Shown in pieces: positions 37,001 to 45,489 of a stretch of DNA of 64,000 nt (positions within the stretch are counted from its first letter, which is position 1; the number at the start of each line of letters is the position of its first letter). The stretch lies in the NCBI GenBank assembly GCA_965198175.1, contig OZ240245.1:800001-864000 (forward strand), written 5' to 3'. A program made the position numbers and the translations under genes. The notes under the pieces were generated by a model, which did not search any database, had not been told where the DNA came from, and saw only the letters and a list, made by a program, of their open reading frames with translations. Source of the DNA: Candidatus Poribacteria bacterium. GTDB taxonomy: Bacteria; Poribacteria; WGA-4E; PCPOR2b.

Positions 37001-39403
37001 TCGTTGGAGAGACACGCCCCCGCGCGTGCTTTTGGTGTTGTGCCGCTAACGATTGATAGCGAGGCGAACCGCTTAACGGTCCAACTCAATGCTCCGGAAA
37101 AGATTCGTCCGAACCGGACCGTCGAGATTGGGTTCCGTGTCACAGGAAGTTCTGGCACAAAACATCTCACAATTGCGGCAGTTGATGAGGGCATTCTTCA
37201 GTTGACCGATTTTCCGACGCCTGACCCTCACGGGTTCTTCTTCCAACAGCGGGGACTCAACACTGTGTCCTATGACCTCTATTCCGCTATCCTGCCGGAA
37301 ATAGAAGCTGCAAAAGGGGGTTCGAGCACCGGCGGCGATGGTGTCGAAGCGGGTCGCAAAAAGCGTCTAAGCACTGTCAGCGTGACACGAGTCAAGCCGG
37401 TTTCACTCTGGTCTAGTCTTCTCAAAACGGATGCCGCCGGCAGGGGCGTCGTTCGGTTTGATGTGCCATCGTTCAACGGGCAGCTGCGCTTGATGGCGGT
37501 CGCGTTCGACGGCAATCGGTTCGGTTCAACGCAAGCGTTTGTCAGCGTCCGCGAGCCGATTGTGCTGACGCCGACCTTTCCCCGCTTTATCTCCGGCGGC
37601 GATCGAATCCGCATTCCTGTCACCGTTTATAACGGCACCGGTAAACCGGGCGACTTTGAACTCCAACTGAGCGCAGCAGAATTTGTTGAAATCGCCGGTG
37701 AAAGCACGAAAACGGTTCATCTTGACCCTGAAACGGAAAAACAGGTCTTCTTCGACCTCGCGGCGTCCGATGCGATGGGCGAAGTCACCTTTAATCTCTC
37801 CGCAAAGGGTAACGATGAAAATGCCGAGATTGTGACCCAACTCCCGCTTCGTCCAGCAGCTCCGCCGGTGACGCTGACGGGATATGGGGTCGTCACTGCG
37901 GAACACCCGGCGGACTTTACCTTCCCATCGAACTTCATCAAGGGGACAGCGGCGTACACCCTCACCCTTTCCCCCTTCCCAGCCGTGAAGTTCGCGGGCG
38001 GACTTCAGTATCTTTTGAGCTATCCGCACGGCTGCATTGAGCAGACTACCTCAAAGGTCTTTCCGTTGCTCTATTTCAACGAAATTGCGAGTTTGGTTGA
38101 ACCGGAATTGTTCCAGAGCGGTGGCACCGACTATTTTATCATGGAGGGCATCGCAAGGCTTGAAAGTATGCTTCTACCCTCCAATTATTTTGCGTATTGG
38201 CCCGGCGAGACATACACGCACCATTGGGGTAGCATCTACGCCGCGCACTTCCTCGTTGAAGCGCGAAAAGCCGGGTATCAAGTTTCCGATCGGGTCTACG
38301 ATGCGATGCTGGAAGGACTGAGGAGGGAGGCAAAACAGAGTGCCAACGGTGGTGATGGAAGTCGTGAAACGCAACGCGTCGCCTACGCCTGTTATGTGTT
38401 ATCGGCGGCGGGACACCCTGAAAAGAGCACGATGGTCTACCTGAAAAACAATCGTCTGCGTGCACTCAGCGATTACAGTCAATTTCAGCTTGCGGGCGCG
38501 TTTGCATTCTCGGGTGACCTCAACACTGCGCTATCCATGCTTCCCACAACTGTCGTTCCACGAAGCGATGATGGCGTGCGCGAATCGGGCGGTAATTTGA
38601 ACTCCTCCGTTCGTGCTCAAGCGATTATGCTCGATATATTAGCGGAAGTGAATCCGAATCATCCTTCAATTCCGAACCTTGTCAAACGTCTCGCCGATTC
38701 CGCCTCGAACAACAACCGGTGGTACACGACACAGGAGAACGCCTTCGCATTTCTCGCACTCGGCAAAATCCTCAAAAAACAGATGCGGAGTGATTACACT
38801 GGAACGGTCGTGTTGAACGGGACGCAGTTCGCAGACTTCGACGCCAGAGAGCATCAATATGCGGACGAAAACTGGGGCGGAACACAGGTCCAGATGAAGG
38901 TTGAAGGCACCGGAAATTGTTACTATTATTGGACAGCCTTCGGTGTCCAAACCGGTTCCTCTATTCGTGAGTTTGACAAGGAGTTGAAGGTGAGACGTAG
39001 CTACTTCTCTGAAGGCGGGGTACCCATCGAAGACGGGAATTTTCAGCATGGTGAGCTGATCGTCGCGGCGATTACGATTGAGGCGTTGACCGACACGCTG
39101 GAAAACGTCGCTGTGGTAGATGTCCTCCCAGCGGGATTTGAGATTGAGAATCCGCGCCTAGAGTCGCGTGCTGGGGTGCCGTGGATTCCGAAAAAGGGCT
39201 TTCAGCCCGACTACATGGACATCCGCGATGACCGTCTTATCTTCTTCGGAAAATTACCGCGCCAGAAGAAGCAGAAGTTTTACTACGCCCTTCGAGCCGT
39301 AACCCGTGGCGACTTTGCGCTGCCGCCCGTGGCTGCCGAAGCCATGTACGATCCAACGAAATCTTCAGTGGCATCGAGTGGAAGGGTTCGTGTTGTCGAG
39401 TGA
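34019..39403 (+). CDS. Bacterial alpha-2-macroglobulin
   Basis: 1794 aa; YTDRGVYRPGE, AAVDEG, thioester motif YPHGCIEQ, DIRDDR, AEAMY; N-terminal membrane anchor. Confidence 0.97.
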   Translation: MRLNNKQLIAIIGVLSVIIIAGAVYIGIQNAKGTIHVFVESFSPQGQVKPHGNFTITFSHPIVDNAMLNQDLDEFPVKFSPQIPGKFRWIEQNTLRFFPVVSLSPSTEYMAEVSPQTPPSPNFTFTGKRKFAFFTERFQVRSSRLAFEYSTKKKSHAKILGVVEFNYPVSVAMLREQLSISHDGGAKIPYHIRTSEPEADIVELETEEVARGDSDQHIHMVIESGFKPINGQLGLEKAHITPIVLKRHDDLLITSVSARGSREGRYIQVQVSSNVDIGRVNPYLTIEPEIDYQLASQYRYLKIRGDFKPGDRYTVTVKQGLRAKDDAVLRQEFSTTVTIPNLNPSLRFIGEGRYLPRDGALNLGLATINVNKVQIEIEKVFANNLVYLASVQNWRDWAQNLGSSIHREEVEIQSVLNDEVTTPIPLKDYLSDDHIGIFKVTARDIDRRWRRATQWVMLTDLGVMAKKTTDALWVWVNSLSSLRPIPYAKIELMSHNNQTLLSGTTNADGWVKFTSIAEKIKDFTPFMITAAKGDDLAFIQLNQHKLPTTDFDVSGAAYLSGGYEAFIYTDRGVYRPGEVTNVVGIVRGEKRATPAPFPVLIQVLGPDHRIMREFRAQTDSEGACEFQIPLPSYVKTGRYTAKLLVAEREIGRSHFQVEEFMPDRIKVELNADKTVYALGDEAQINVAAVNLFGPPAVGRRVQAACDIEVDNFAPAEWRSFTFNDAEIGFQKQRINLGETQTDENGQSTYLLTIPTGLKSPSALRGVLVATVSEPGGRAVSTYQRITIHPYSHYPGIRRGSEGYAKINAETRFEYIALDKEGTPAAGRDLELTISKLQWNSILRRDSRGRYEYISAKQGIQVESYPLTSSDSIESFVFTPGEYGEYGVQLRDVASGASTSTKFYVSGWGYAPWAMDQPGRLEIDLDKASYQPGEVAKAQIKAPFSGKLILTIERGNPISYRTVMLNENTAVIDIPVLAEYKPNVYISASLIRSTSSLERHAPARAFGVVPLTIDSEANRLTVQLNAPEKIRPNRTVEIGFRVTGSSGTKHLTIAAVDEGILQLTDFPTPDPHGFFFQQRGLNTVSYDLYSAILPEIEAAKGGSSTGGDGVEAGRKKRLSTVSVTRVKPVSLWSSLLKTDAAGRGVVRFDVPSFNGQLRLMAVAFDGNRFGSTQAFVSVREPIVLTPTFPRFISGGDRIRIPVTVYNGTGKPGDFELQLSAAEFVEIAGESTKTVHLDPETEKQVFFDLAASDAMGEVTFNLSAKGNDENAEIVTQLPLRPAAPPVTLTGYGVVTAEHPADFTFPSNFIKGTAAYTLTLSPFPAVKFAGGLQYLLSYPHGCIEQTTSKVFPLLYFNEIASLVEPELFQSGGTDYFIMEGIARLESMLLPSNYFAYWPGETYTHHWGSIYAAHFLVEARKAGYQVSDRVYDAMLEGLRREAKQSANGGDGSRETQRVAYACYVLSAAGHPEKSTMVYLKNNRLRALSDYSQFQLAGAFAFSGDLNTALSMLPTTVVPRSDDGVRESGGNLNSSVRAQAIMLDILAEVNPNHPSIPNLVKRLADSASNNNRWYTTQENAFAFLALGKILKKQMRSDYTGTVVLNGTQFADFDAREHQYADENWGGTQVQMKVEGTGNCYYYWTAFGVQTGSSIREFDKELKVRRSYFSEGGVPIEDGNFQHGELIVAAITIEALTDTLENVAVVDVLPAGFEIENPRLESRAGVPWIPKKGFQPDYMDIRDDRLIFFGKLPRQKKQKFYYALRAVTRGDFALPPVAAEAMYDPTKSSVASSGRVRVVE

Positions 39404-39492
39404 TGATGTGAAGCTCCTTACACGATAAAGCAGAGAGAGGCGCACTGATATCTTTCAACTGTGACTATCAAACTACCTGATCAGGGGGGACA

Positions 39493-41835
39493 ATGAACAA
39501 ACGCCTCCATTCCAAACGAATCCGATTCTGCCTCTATCTGATTTCAGGAACCGTGCTCACACCCCTACTCCTGTTCCTGATTGCGAATCGGTTGTTCCCG
39601 CTGCCGGTCGAGAAGCTGCACCAGCCGCCGTCAACAATAGTTCTTGACCGGCACGGCGAATGGCTCCGAGCCTTCATCGCGTCCGACGAGTCGTGGCATA
39701 TCCCCGAACCCTCCTTGGATGAAATTTCACCAAAGCTGCGAACCGCGGTGTTGACATACGAAGACCGCTGGTTTTATCGTCACTTTGGGATAAATCCGTT
39801 CTCGATTTTCCAAGCGGCGATCGACAACATCAAGGCAGGGAAAATCGTTCGAGGCGGATCGACCATTACGATGCAGGTTGCGCGAATGATGGAGCCGAAA
39901 GCGCGTACGGTTCCGAACAAGTTGATTGAGATGTTCCGCGCCATCCAGCTTGAACTCGCCTATTCCAAAGACGAAATCTTAACCCTCTACTTCAACATGG
40001 CGCCCTACGGCGGCAATATCGTCGGATCAGCGGCGGCGTCTCGCATCTATTTCAATAAATCCCAGAACCGTCTGAGCTTAGGAGAAGCCGCTCTGCTGGC
40101 TGCTATCCCGAACTCGCCGACGTATCTGCGGCCGGATATTTATCCCGAAAACGCGCGGGTAGCACGAAAGAAGGTTCTGCGCCAGATGCGTAAATTTGGG
40201 AAAATTGACTCGCGCGTGCTGCAAGAAGCCGCCAGCGACCCAATCCCGATAAAACGTTATCCAATGCCGTTCAAGGCGCCCCACTTGACGCGGTTGCTGG
40301 CAAAAACAGAGTCAGGACACCGAATCTATTCGACAATTGATTCCGATATTCAGGAACTTTCAGAGCGCGTTCTACGGGAAAATATCGCACCGCTGCAGCG
40401 GGAAGGAATTTCAACCGGTGCCGTCGTGGTGATGGACACGAAGAGCCGCGAAGTCTTGGCGATGGTCGGCTCTCACGATTTCTTCGATCAAGCTAGCCAG
40501 GGGCAGGTCAACGGTGCAACCGCCCCACGGTCCCCAGGCTCCGCACTCAAGCCGTTCATATATGGGCTCGCCCTAGAGCGGGGGCTAATCACCCCCGAAC
40601 GCCTTTTGCACGATGTGCCCGTCAATTACGCCGGGTACTCCCCAGTCAACTATGACGGTGAATATCGCGGCTATGTGACGGCACGGGACGCACTCGCGCA
40701 CTCGCTCAACGTGCCCGCCGTTAACCTATACGCCCAACTCGGGAACGACGGCATCTACGCTTTGCTCAAACGGGCTGGGATTTCCACGTTGTCCGAGCCG
40801 AAGCCCCACTACGGATTGTCGCTAATCTTGGGAAGCTGCGAGATTACATTGCTGGAGTTGACGGCGCTCTACGCCGGACTCGCCAATCTTGGCGAATTTG
40901 CACCGCATCAGTTGACGCGCCGGAACGGAGACACGTTACCCGTTCCTTCCACCAAGCGGCTCTTGAGCAGGGGCGCTAGTTTCATTCTCACTGTGATGTT
41001 GACGGAAGTCCGTCGCCCGGATCTACCCGCCGCCTATGAAGCGTCGATGAACCTCCCCAAAGTCGCATGGAAAACAGGCACCTCCTACGGACACAGAGAT
41101 GCATGGAGCGTCGGGTACACACCGAAATACACGATCGGGGTTTGGGTGGGCAACTTCGATGGACATGGCTCGCCATCGCTCGTCGGATCCGAAGTCGCCG
41201 CGCCAATACTATTTGCACTGTTCAACACCATCCCCGCTACAAACCGGTGGTTTACTCGCCCATATCAGGTCAGTACCCGCGACGTATGCGTGTTAAGCGG
41301 GATGCCGGTGTCAGAAAATTGTTCGACCACCAAGATCGATGACTACATCTCCAACCGCTCTGTGAACACGCCGTGCCGCATTCACAAACAAATTACAATC
41401 GATAACAAAACGGGGGCAGCGCTCTGCTCACACTGCCGAATTGGGAGATCTTCCCATCACGTGGTCTTTGAGGAGTGGCATCCGGCGGTTGGGACATGGT
41501 TGAGCAAAAACGGCTTCGCGATTCAACCCATTCCGCCGCACAATCCAGATTGCGTGGGCGTTATTGCCGGACAAGGACCCATGATTCGATCGCCATCAGG
41601 AGACAGCGAATATCACATCCGGGAAGGAGTGGATCTTGGATACCAAAAGCTGCTTTTAGCCGCGTCCGTGTCCAATCGAACGAAGCAGATTTTTTGGTTT
41701 GTCAATGGAGAATTGATTTTTAAGGGGGCGCCCACCGAGCCGGTTTTCTTAACGCCCGTTGCCGGAAGACATCGACTGACCTGCGTTGATGATGAGGGAC
41801 GTTCGTCGAGCAGAACGCTAGTCATTAAGGATTAA
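39493..41835 (+). CDS. pbpC: Penicillin-binding protein 1C
   Basis: Transglycosylase EDRWF, RGGSTITMQ; transpeptidase S.LK, SLN, KTGT; follows the alpha-2-macroglobulin gene. Confidence 0.96.
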   Translation: MNKRLHSKRIRFCLYLISGTVLTPLLLFLIANRLFPLPVEKLHQPPSTIVLDRHGEWLRAFIASDESWHIPEPSLDEISPKLRTAVLTYEDRWFYRHFGINPFSIFQAAIDNIKAGKIVRGGSTITMQVARMMEPKARTVPNKLIEMFRAIQLELAYSKDEILTLYFNMAPYGGNIVGSAAASRIYFNKSQNRLSLGEAALLAAIPNSPTYLRPDIYPENARVARKKVLRQMRKFGKIDSRVLQEAASDPIPIKRYPMPFKAPHLTRLLAKTESGHRIYSTIDSDIQELSERVLRENIAPLQREGISTGAVVVMDTKSREVLAMVGSHDFFDQASQGQVNGATAPRSPGSALKPFIYGLALERGLITPERLLHDVPVNYAGYSPVNYDGEYRGYVTARDALAHSLNVPAVNLYAQLGNDGIYALLKRAGISTLSEPKPHYGLSLILGSCEITLLELTALYAGLANLGEFAPHQLTRRNGDTLPVPSTKRLLSRGASFILTVMLTEVRRPDLPAAYEASMNLPKVAWKTGTSYGHRDAWSVGYTPKYTIGVWVGNFDGHGSPSLVGSEVAAPILFALFNTIPATNRWFTRPYQVSTRDVCVLSGMPVSENCSTTKIDDYISNRSVNTPCRIHKQITIDNKTGAALCSHCRIGRSSHHVVFEEWHPAVGTWLSKNGFAIQPIPPHNPDCVGVIAGQGPMIRSPSGDSEYHIREGVDLGYQKLLLAASVSNRTKQIFWFVNGELIFKGAPTEPVFLTPVAGRHRLTCVDDEGRSSSRTLVIKD

Positions 41836-41854
41836 CGGACAAGAAACCGAGTTC

Positions 41855-42120
41855 TTGTAAGTTGGGTTAAGCGGGGTTTAGGGAAACGCATGATTATACC
41901 GCGAGCGTATCGTGGTTTGATTGCGTTAACGAATTTATATGTGGTAGCGTAACCCAACGTTTTTGGTAATTCGGAAGTGTATCGTTGGGTGGAGGTGGTT
42001 TAGGTATAGAAAAGCGTTGGGTTACGCTTTATGTATTTTGCCAAGAGCGTGGTTTTGTATTTGTGGCGTTATTTTACCATAGATATTTTTTTGGCACAAT
42101 CCGCTTAACCCAACCTACAA
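41855..42120. repeat. REPIN/MITE-like element with nested inverted repeats
   Basis: Terminal IR 41855-41874 / 42101-42120 (19/20); inner IR 41946-41964 / 42010-42028 (18/19). Confidence 0.85.
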
Positions 42121-42146
42121 ACGCTAGTGGCTGTCAGATTACATTC

Positions 42147-42177
42147 TCCCCCTTACTAAGGGGGAATTAGAGGGGGT
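42147..42177. repeat. CCCCCTT-N3-AAGGGGG hairpin repeat, possibly a terminator
   Basis: TCCCCCTT-ACT-AAGGGGGA followed by a G-rich tail, between convergent genes. Confidence 0.5.
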
Positions 42178-42202
42178 CAGGCACTTTGCACCTGCGCTAA
42201 GT

Positions 42203-44122
42203 TCAGCGCGACGACGGCATTCCGACCGTTGGCTCTACAGCCCATAGGAGAATTGTTCCGTCCGAACTTCCGCTTGCTAGCATCTTTCCATTTGGCGAAA
42301 ACGCTACGGAATTGACCACATCCGTATGTCCCACAAGGGTAGCCTTGTGTTTGCCCGTCACGGCGTCCCACAATCGAATCGCAAAGTCGTTAATTCCCGC
42401 CCCAAACAACCAACTCCCACTTGCGAGCGTAGCGCTATTTGGAGAATACGCCAAGGAACTAATAAAACCCGTATGCCCCACAAGGGTCTGTTTTTGTTGC
42501 CCGGTCACGGCGTCCCACAACCGAATCGTCTTGGCCATGTTCCCACTCGCCAGCGTCCGACCATCTGGAGAATATGCAACGCACGTGACCTTTTCCGTAT
42601 GGCTGGAAAACTCTCCGACGATCGCCTTAGGGCGTCCCGTCACGGCGTCCCACAGCCGAATAGTTCTGTCATCGCCCCCGCTCGCCAGCGTGCTTCCATC
42701 CGGAGAATATACTACAGACGTGACCCGGCTTGTATGCCCCACGAGGGACCACTTGAGTTGTCCTGTCACGGCATTCCACAGCCGAATCGAATGGTCCTTA
42801 CTTCCACTCGCCAGCGTGTTTCCGTCCGAGGAGAACGCGACAGATTCGACTGAGTCTTTATGCCCCTCAAGCGTAGCCCTGTGTTGACCCGTCACAGCGT
42901 CCCACAGCCGAATGGTTCCGTCATCGCTCCCACTCGCCAGCGTGCTTCCATCTGGAGAATACACTACAGAACCAATCCAATACGTATGTCCCTTAAGAAT
43001 CTGCTCGAGTCGTCCTGTATCGGCGTCCCACAGCCGAATCGTCTTGTCTCTGCCCCCACTCGCCAGCGTCTTGCCATCCAGAGAATACGCCACCGAATTG
43101 ACCGTACCCATATGCCTAGCAAGAATCTGCTTGTGTCGTCCTATGGTGACGTCCCACAACCGAATCGTATTGTCAATACTTCCGCTTACCAGTGTCTTGC
43201 CATCTGGGGAAAACACCACAGAATTGACTACATCTGTGTGTCCCTCAAGGGTGCACATGTGTTGTCCGGTGGTGGCATCCCACAGCCGAATGGTACTGTG
43301 ATGCCCTCCACTCGCGAGCGCGCTTCCATCCGGAGAATACACGATGGAAATGAAAACGCCACTGAGCCCGTCAAGAGAATGTTTGTGTTGTCCCGTCGCA
43401 GCATCTCTGAATGAAATCGACGCGCTATGCTTTTTCCTGCCCCCACTGGCGAGAGTCTGGCCATCTGGCGAGTAAACAAGGGAAAAAATCCTGTCTCCAC
43501 CCTTATGGCTCCCTTTGTGTTTACCCGTTGCGACATCCCACAACCGAATCGTACCGGCCAAATCCCCACTTGCCAGCGTTTTACCATCCGGCGAGTAAAC
43601 AACGGAAGAAACCCGTTCGGTATGCCCCCTCAGCGTATGGTTGTGTTTGCCAGTAACGGTGTCCCACAAGCGAACGGTCTTGTCCTGACTCCCACTTGCT
43701 AGCGTCCTTCCATCCACGGAGAACGCTAGAGAATGAACCCCCGCCCTATGCCCTGCGAGGGTCCTCTTATACCATCCGGTCGTTGTATCCCACAACCGAA
43801 TCGTATTGTCGTAACTCCCGCTTGCGAGCGTGTCTCCACTTGGCGAATACGCCACGGAATTAACATAATCAGTGTGTCCGGTGAGCAGTGCGATTTCCGC
43901 ACCACTGTGCGCATCATAGAGCCAAACCCCGATGCTGCTCGCCACCGCAAGCTGAGCGCCATCGGGCGAATACGCGATGTCATTTATTGTACCTTTTCCG
44001 AGACGTGCTATGGCGCCTTGAGGCAAACCCTGCCGCGTGTAGTCTTGAGCGAGGCTATTCTGCAGAAACAGCATAGGGATGACCAGTAGACTGAACTTGA
44101 AAAACAGTGTCTTTTTCATCAT
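42203..44122 (-). CDS. Secreted WD40-repeat protein (about 14 repeats)
   Basis: Signal peptide; LPQGAIARLGKG cap; repeated GHT..V.SV.YSPDG.TLASG..D.TIRLWD. Confidence 0.95.
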   Translation of the reverse strand: MMKKTLFFKFSLLVIPMLFLQNSLAQDYTRQGLPQGAIARLGKGTINDIAYSPDGAQLAVASSIGVWLYDAHSGAEIALLTGHTDYVNSVAYSPSGDTLASGSYDNTIRLWDTTTGWYKRTLAGHRAGVHSLAFSVDGRTLASGSQDKTVRLWDTVTGKHNHTLRGHTERVSSVVYSPDGKTLASGDLAGTIRLWDVATGKHKGSHKGGDRIFSLVYSPDGQTLASGGRKKHSASISFRDAATGQHKHSLDGLSGVFISIVYSPDGSALASGGHHSTIRLWDATTGQHMCTLEGHTDVVNSVVFSPDGKTLVSGSIDNTIRLWDVTIGRHKQILARHMGTVNSVAYSLDGKTLASGGRDKTIRLWDADTGRLEQILKGHTYWIGSVVYSPDGSTLASGSDDGTIRLWDAVTGQHRATLEGHKDSVESVAFSSDGNTLASGSKDHSIRLWNAVTGQLKWSLVGHTSRVTSVVYSPDGSTLASGGDDRTIRLWDAVTGRPKAIVGEFSSHTEKVTCVAYSPDGRTLASGNMAKTIRLWDAVTGQQKQTLVGHTGFISSLAYSPNSATLASGSWLFGAGINDFAIRLWDAVTGKHKATLVGHTDVVNSVAFSPNGKMLASGSSDGTILLWAVEPTVGMPSSR

Positions 44123-44187
44123 TTATATTCTTCCTTATACCTTAGCGGGCGTTTGCCAAATTTTGCATTGAAAAATCGCATTTACGT

Positions 44188-44238
44188 GTTGGAGGGACAT
44201 CGCTGGCTCGATAATCGGGGCTAGGAAGCCCCTCCTAC
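44188..44238. repeat. Degenerate REP doublet (GTAG type)
   Basis: Minus strand GTAGGAGGGGCTTCCTAGCCCCGA, facing a decayed copy on the plus strand. Confidence 0.5.
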
Positions 44239-44251
44239 GGTATTGTTGGTA

Positions 44252-45322
44252 TTAATCTGACTTCGGGCTGAGTTCTGCGACGCCCAACTTGTCAGCAATC
44301 TCTTGAATCTGGCTCCATGTTGTCTCATCAACGGCGATGCCGTGTACGGTGCGGTGTTTCTTCTGTCGCGCCTCCGGTTCTCCCGGCACGAGAACTTCAC
44401 TGAACCCGGGCGCCGGTGGCGACGACTTGACGTGCTCAATCAGTTGCGTTACACGTGGATAGAATTCCTCTAATGGAGTGAACTGCCCAATATCAATAGC
44501 AATCATAAAGACGCCGTCGCTATCGGGCTCTTGCGGCGCGCCCGGACGGCAACATCCTATTCCAGAAATTCCCCCCGCCATGATATCAACGATGAGACCG
44601 AGCCCGAAGCCTTTGTATCCTAGAGCTCCGCCCAATGGAAGTAACGCGCCTGCCGGGGGTCCATAGAAGTCGGCTGCATTCGTCGCCGGCTGTCCCTGGT
44701 GGTCAATAATAAAACCCTCTGGAACTTCCGCCCCTCTGTTGTGCAGGGCGCGAATTTTTCCCTCCGGAGCGGTGCTGGTAGCAATATCCACCACAATGGG
44801 ATCGCCTTCGCCCGTTGGCACACCGATTGAGATTGGGTTGGTTCCAATACGCTTGGCAATGCCGCCGAATGGGGCAACCCACTGCCCGCATCCGCCCGCA
44901 TTCACCATCATCATCCCGATTAGCCCTTCATCCGCCGCCATCGCCGTATAACTGCCGAGGCGCCCTGTGTGGAAGCAGTTATATACGCTGACCGCGCTGA
45001 TAGCGGTCTCGCGCGCTTTTTGGATCGCCAATTCCATCGCCTGATGCGCAATCACCTGCCCGAACCCAAAGTTGCCGTTAATTAGCAATCCAGATGTCGT
45101 GTCTCGCACGATTTCCAGCTTGGCGCCCGGCACGATTTTGCGTTCCACTTGGATTGCGTTCACATATTGGGGGATACGAAGCACACCGTGGGAATCTAGT
45201 CCAGCTAGACTTGCGTCGATTAGATGATCGCTGACGATCTCCGCTTCCGTATGGGGTACCCCAACGCGCTCAAATATATCTATTGAAAACTCTCTAAGTT
45301 TATCTGCTACAAATGTTGGCAT
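44252..45322 (-). CDS. Ldh_2 family (malate/L-lactate/sulfolactate-type) oxidoreductase
   Basis: G.DSHG, H.GRLG, GTNPI, D.ATS, GYKGFGL, VPGE.E. Confidence 0.92.
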   Translation of the reverse strand: MPTFVADKLREFSIDIFERVGVPHTEAEIVSDHLIDASLAGLDSHGVLRIPQYVNAIQVERKIVPGAKLEIVRDTTSGLLINGNFGFGQVIAHQAMELAIQKARETAISAVSVYNCFHTGRLGSYTAMAADEGLIGMMMVNAGGCGQWVAPFGGIAKRIGTNPISIGVPTGEGDPIVVDIATSTAPEGKIRALHNRGAEVPEGFIIDHQGQPATNAADFYGPPAGALLPLGGALGYKGFGLGLIVDIMAGGISGIGCCRPGAPQEPDSDGVFMIAIDIGQFTPLEEFYPRVTQLIEHVKSSPPAPGFSEVLVPGEPEARQKKHRTVHGIAVDETTWSQIQEIADKLGVAELSPKSD

Positions 45323-45378
45323 ATTTTCCTCTGTTGAAAATCAAAGTGTATCCATTCCATTCATATTTACACATGTTT

Positions 45379-45450
45379 CGGTAAGTGCGGTTTCCAACCG
45401 CACCTGCGGACTGGATAAATGCCGGTTCGGTTAGGAAACCGAACCTACCG
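45379..45450. repeat. REP doublet (REPIN-like)
   Basis: CGGTAAGTGCGGTTTCCAACCGCACC and, inverted, CGGTAGGTTCGGTTTCCTAACCGAACC; each is an internal hairpin. Confidence 0.8.
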
Positions 45451-45489
45451 TGGTGTAAGAATAATTCTTGGTTTTACTATAACGGTTTG

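Noticed and set aside
42203..42245. WD40 tail starting AVEP as a third TWG motif
   Set aside because: No TWGxIK follows in the frame or in the nearby downstream sequence.
42312..43702. Long repetitive plus-strand ORFs, and a possible CRISPR-like periodicity
   Set aside because: Antisense of the WD40 coding repeats; no repeat-spacer structure and no cas genes.
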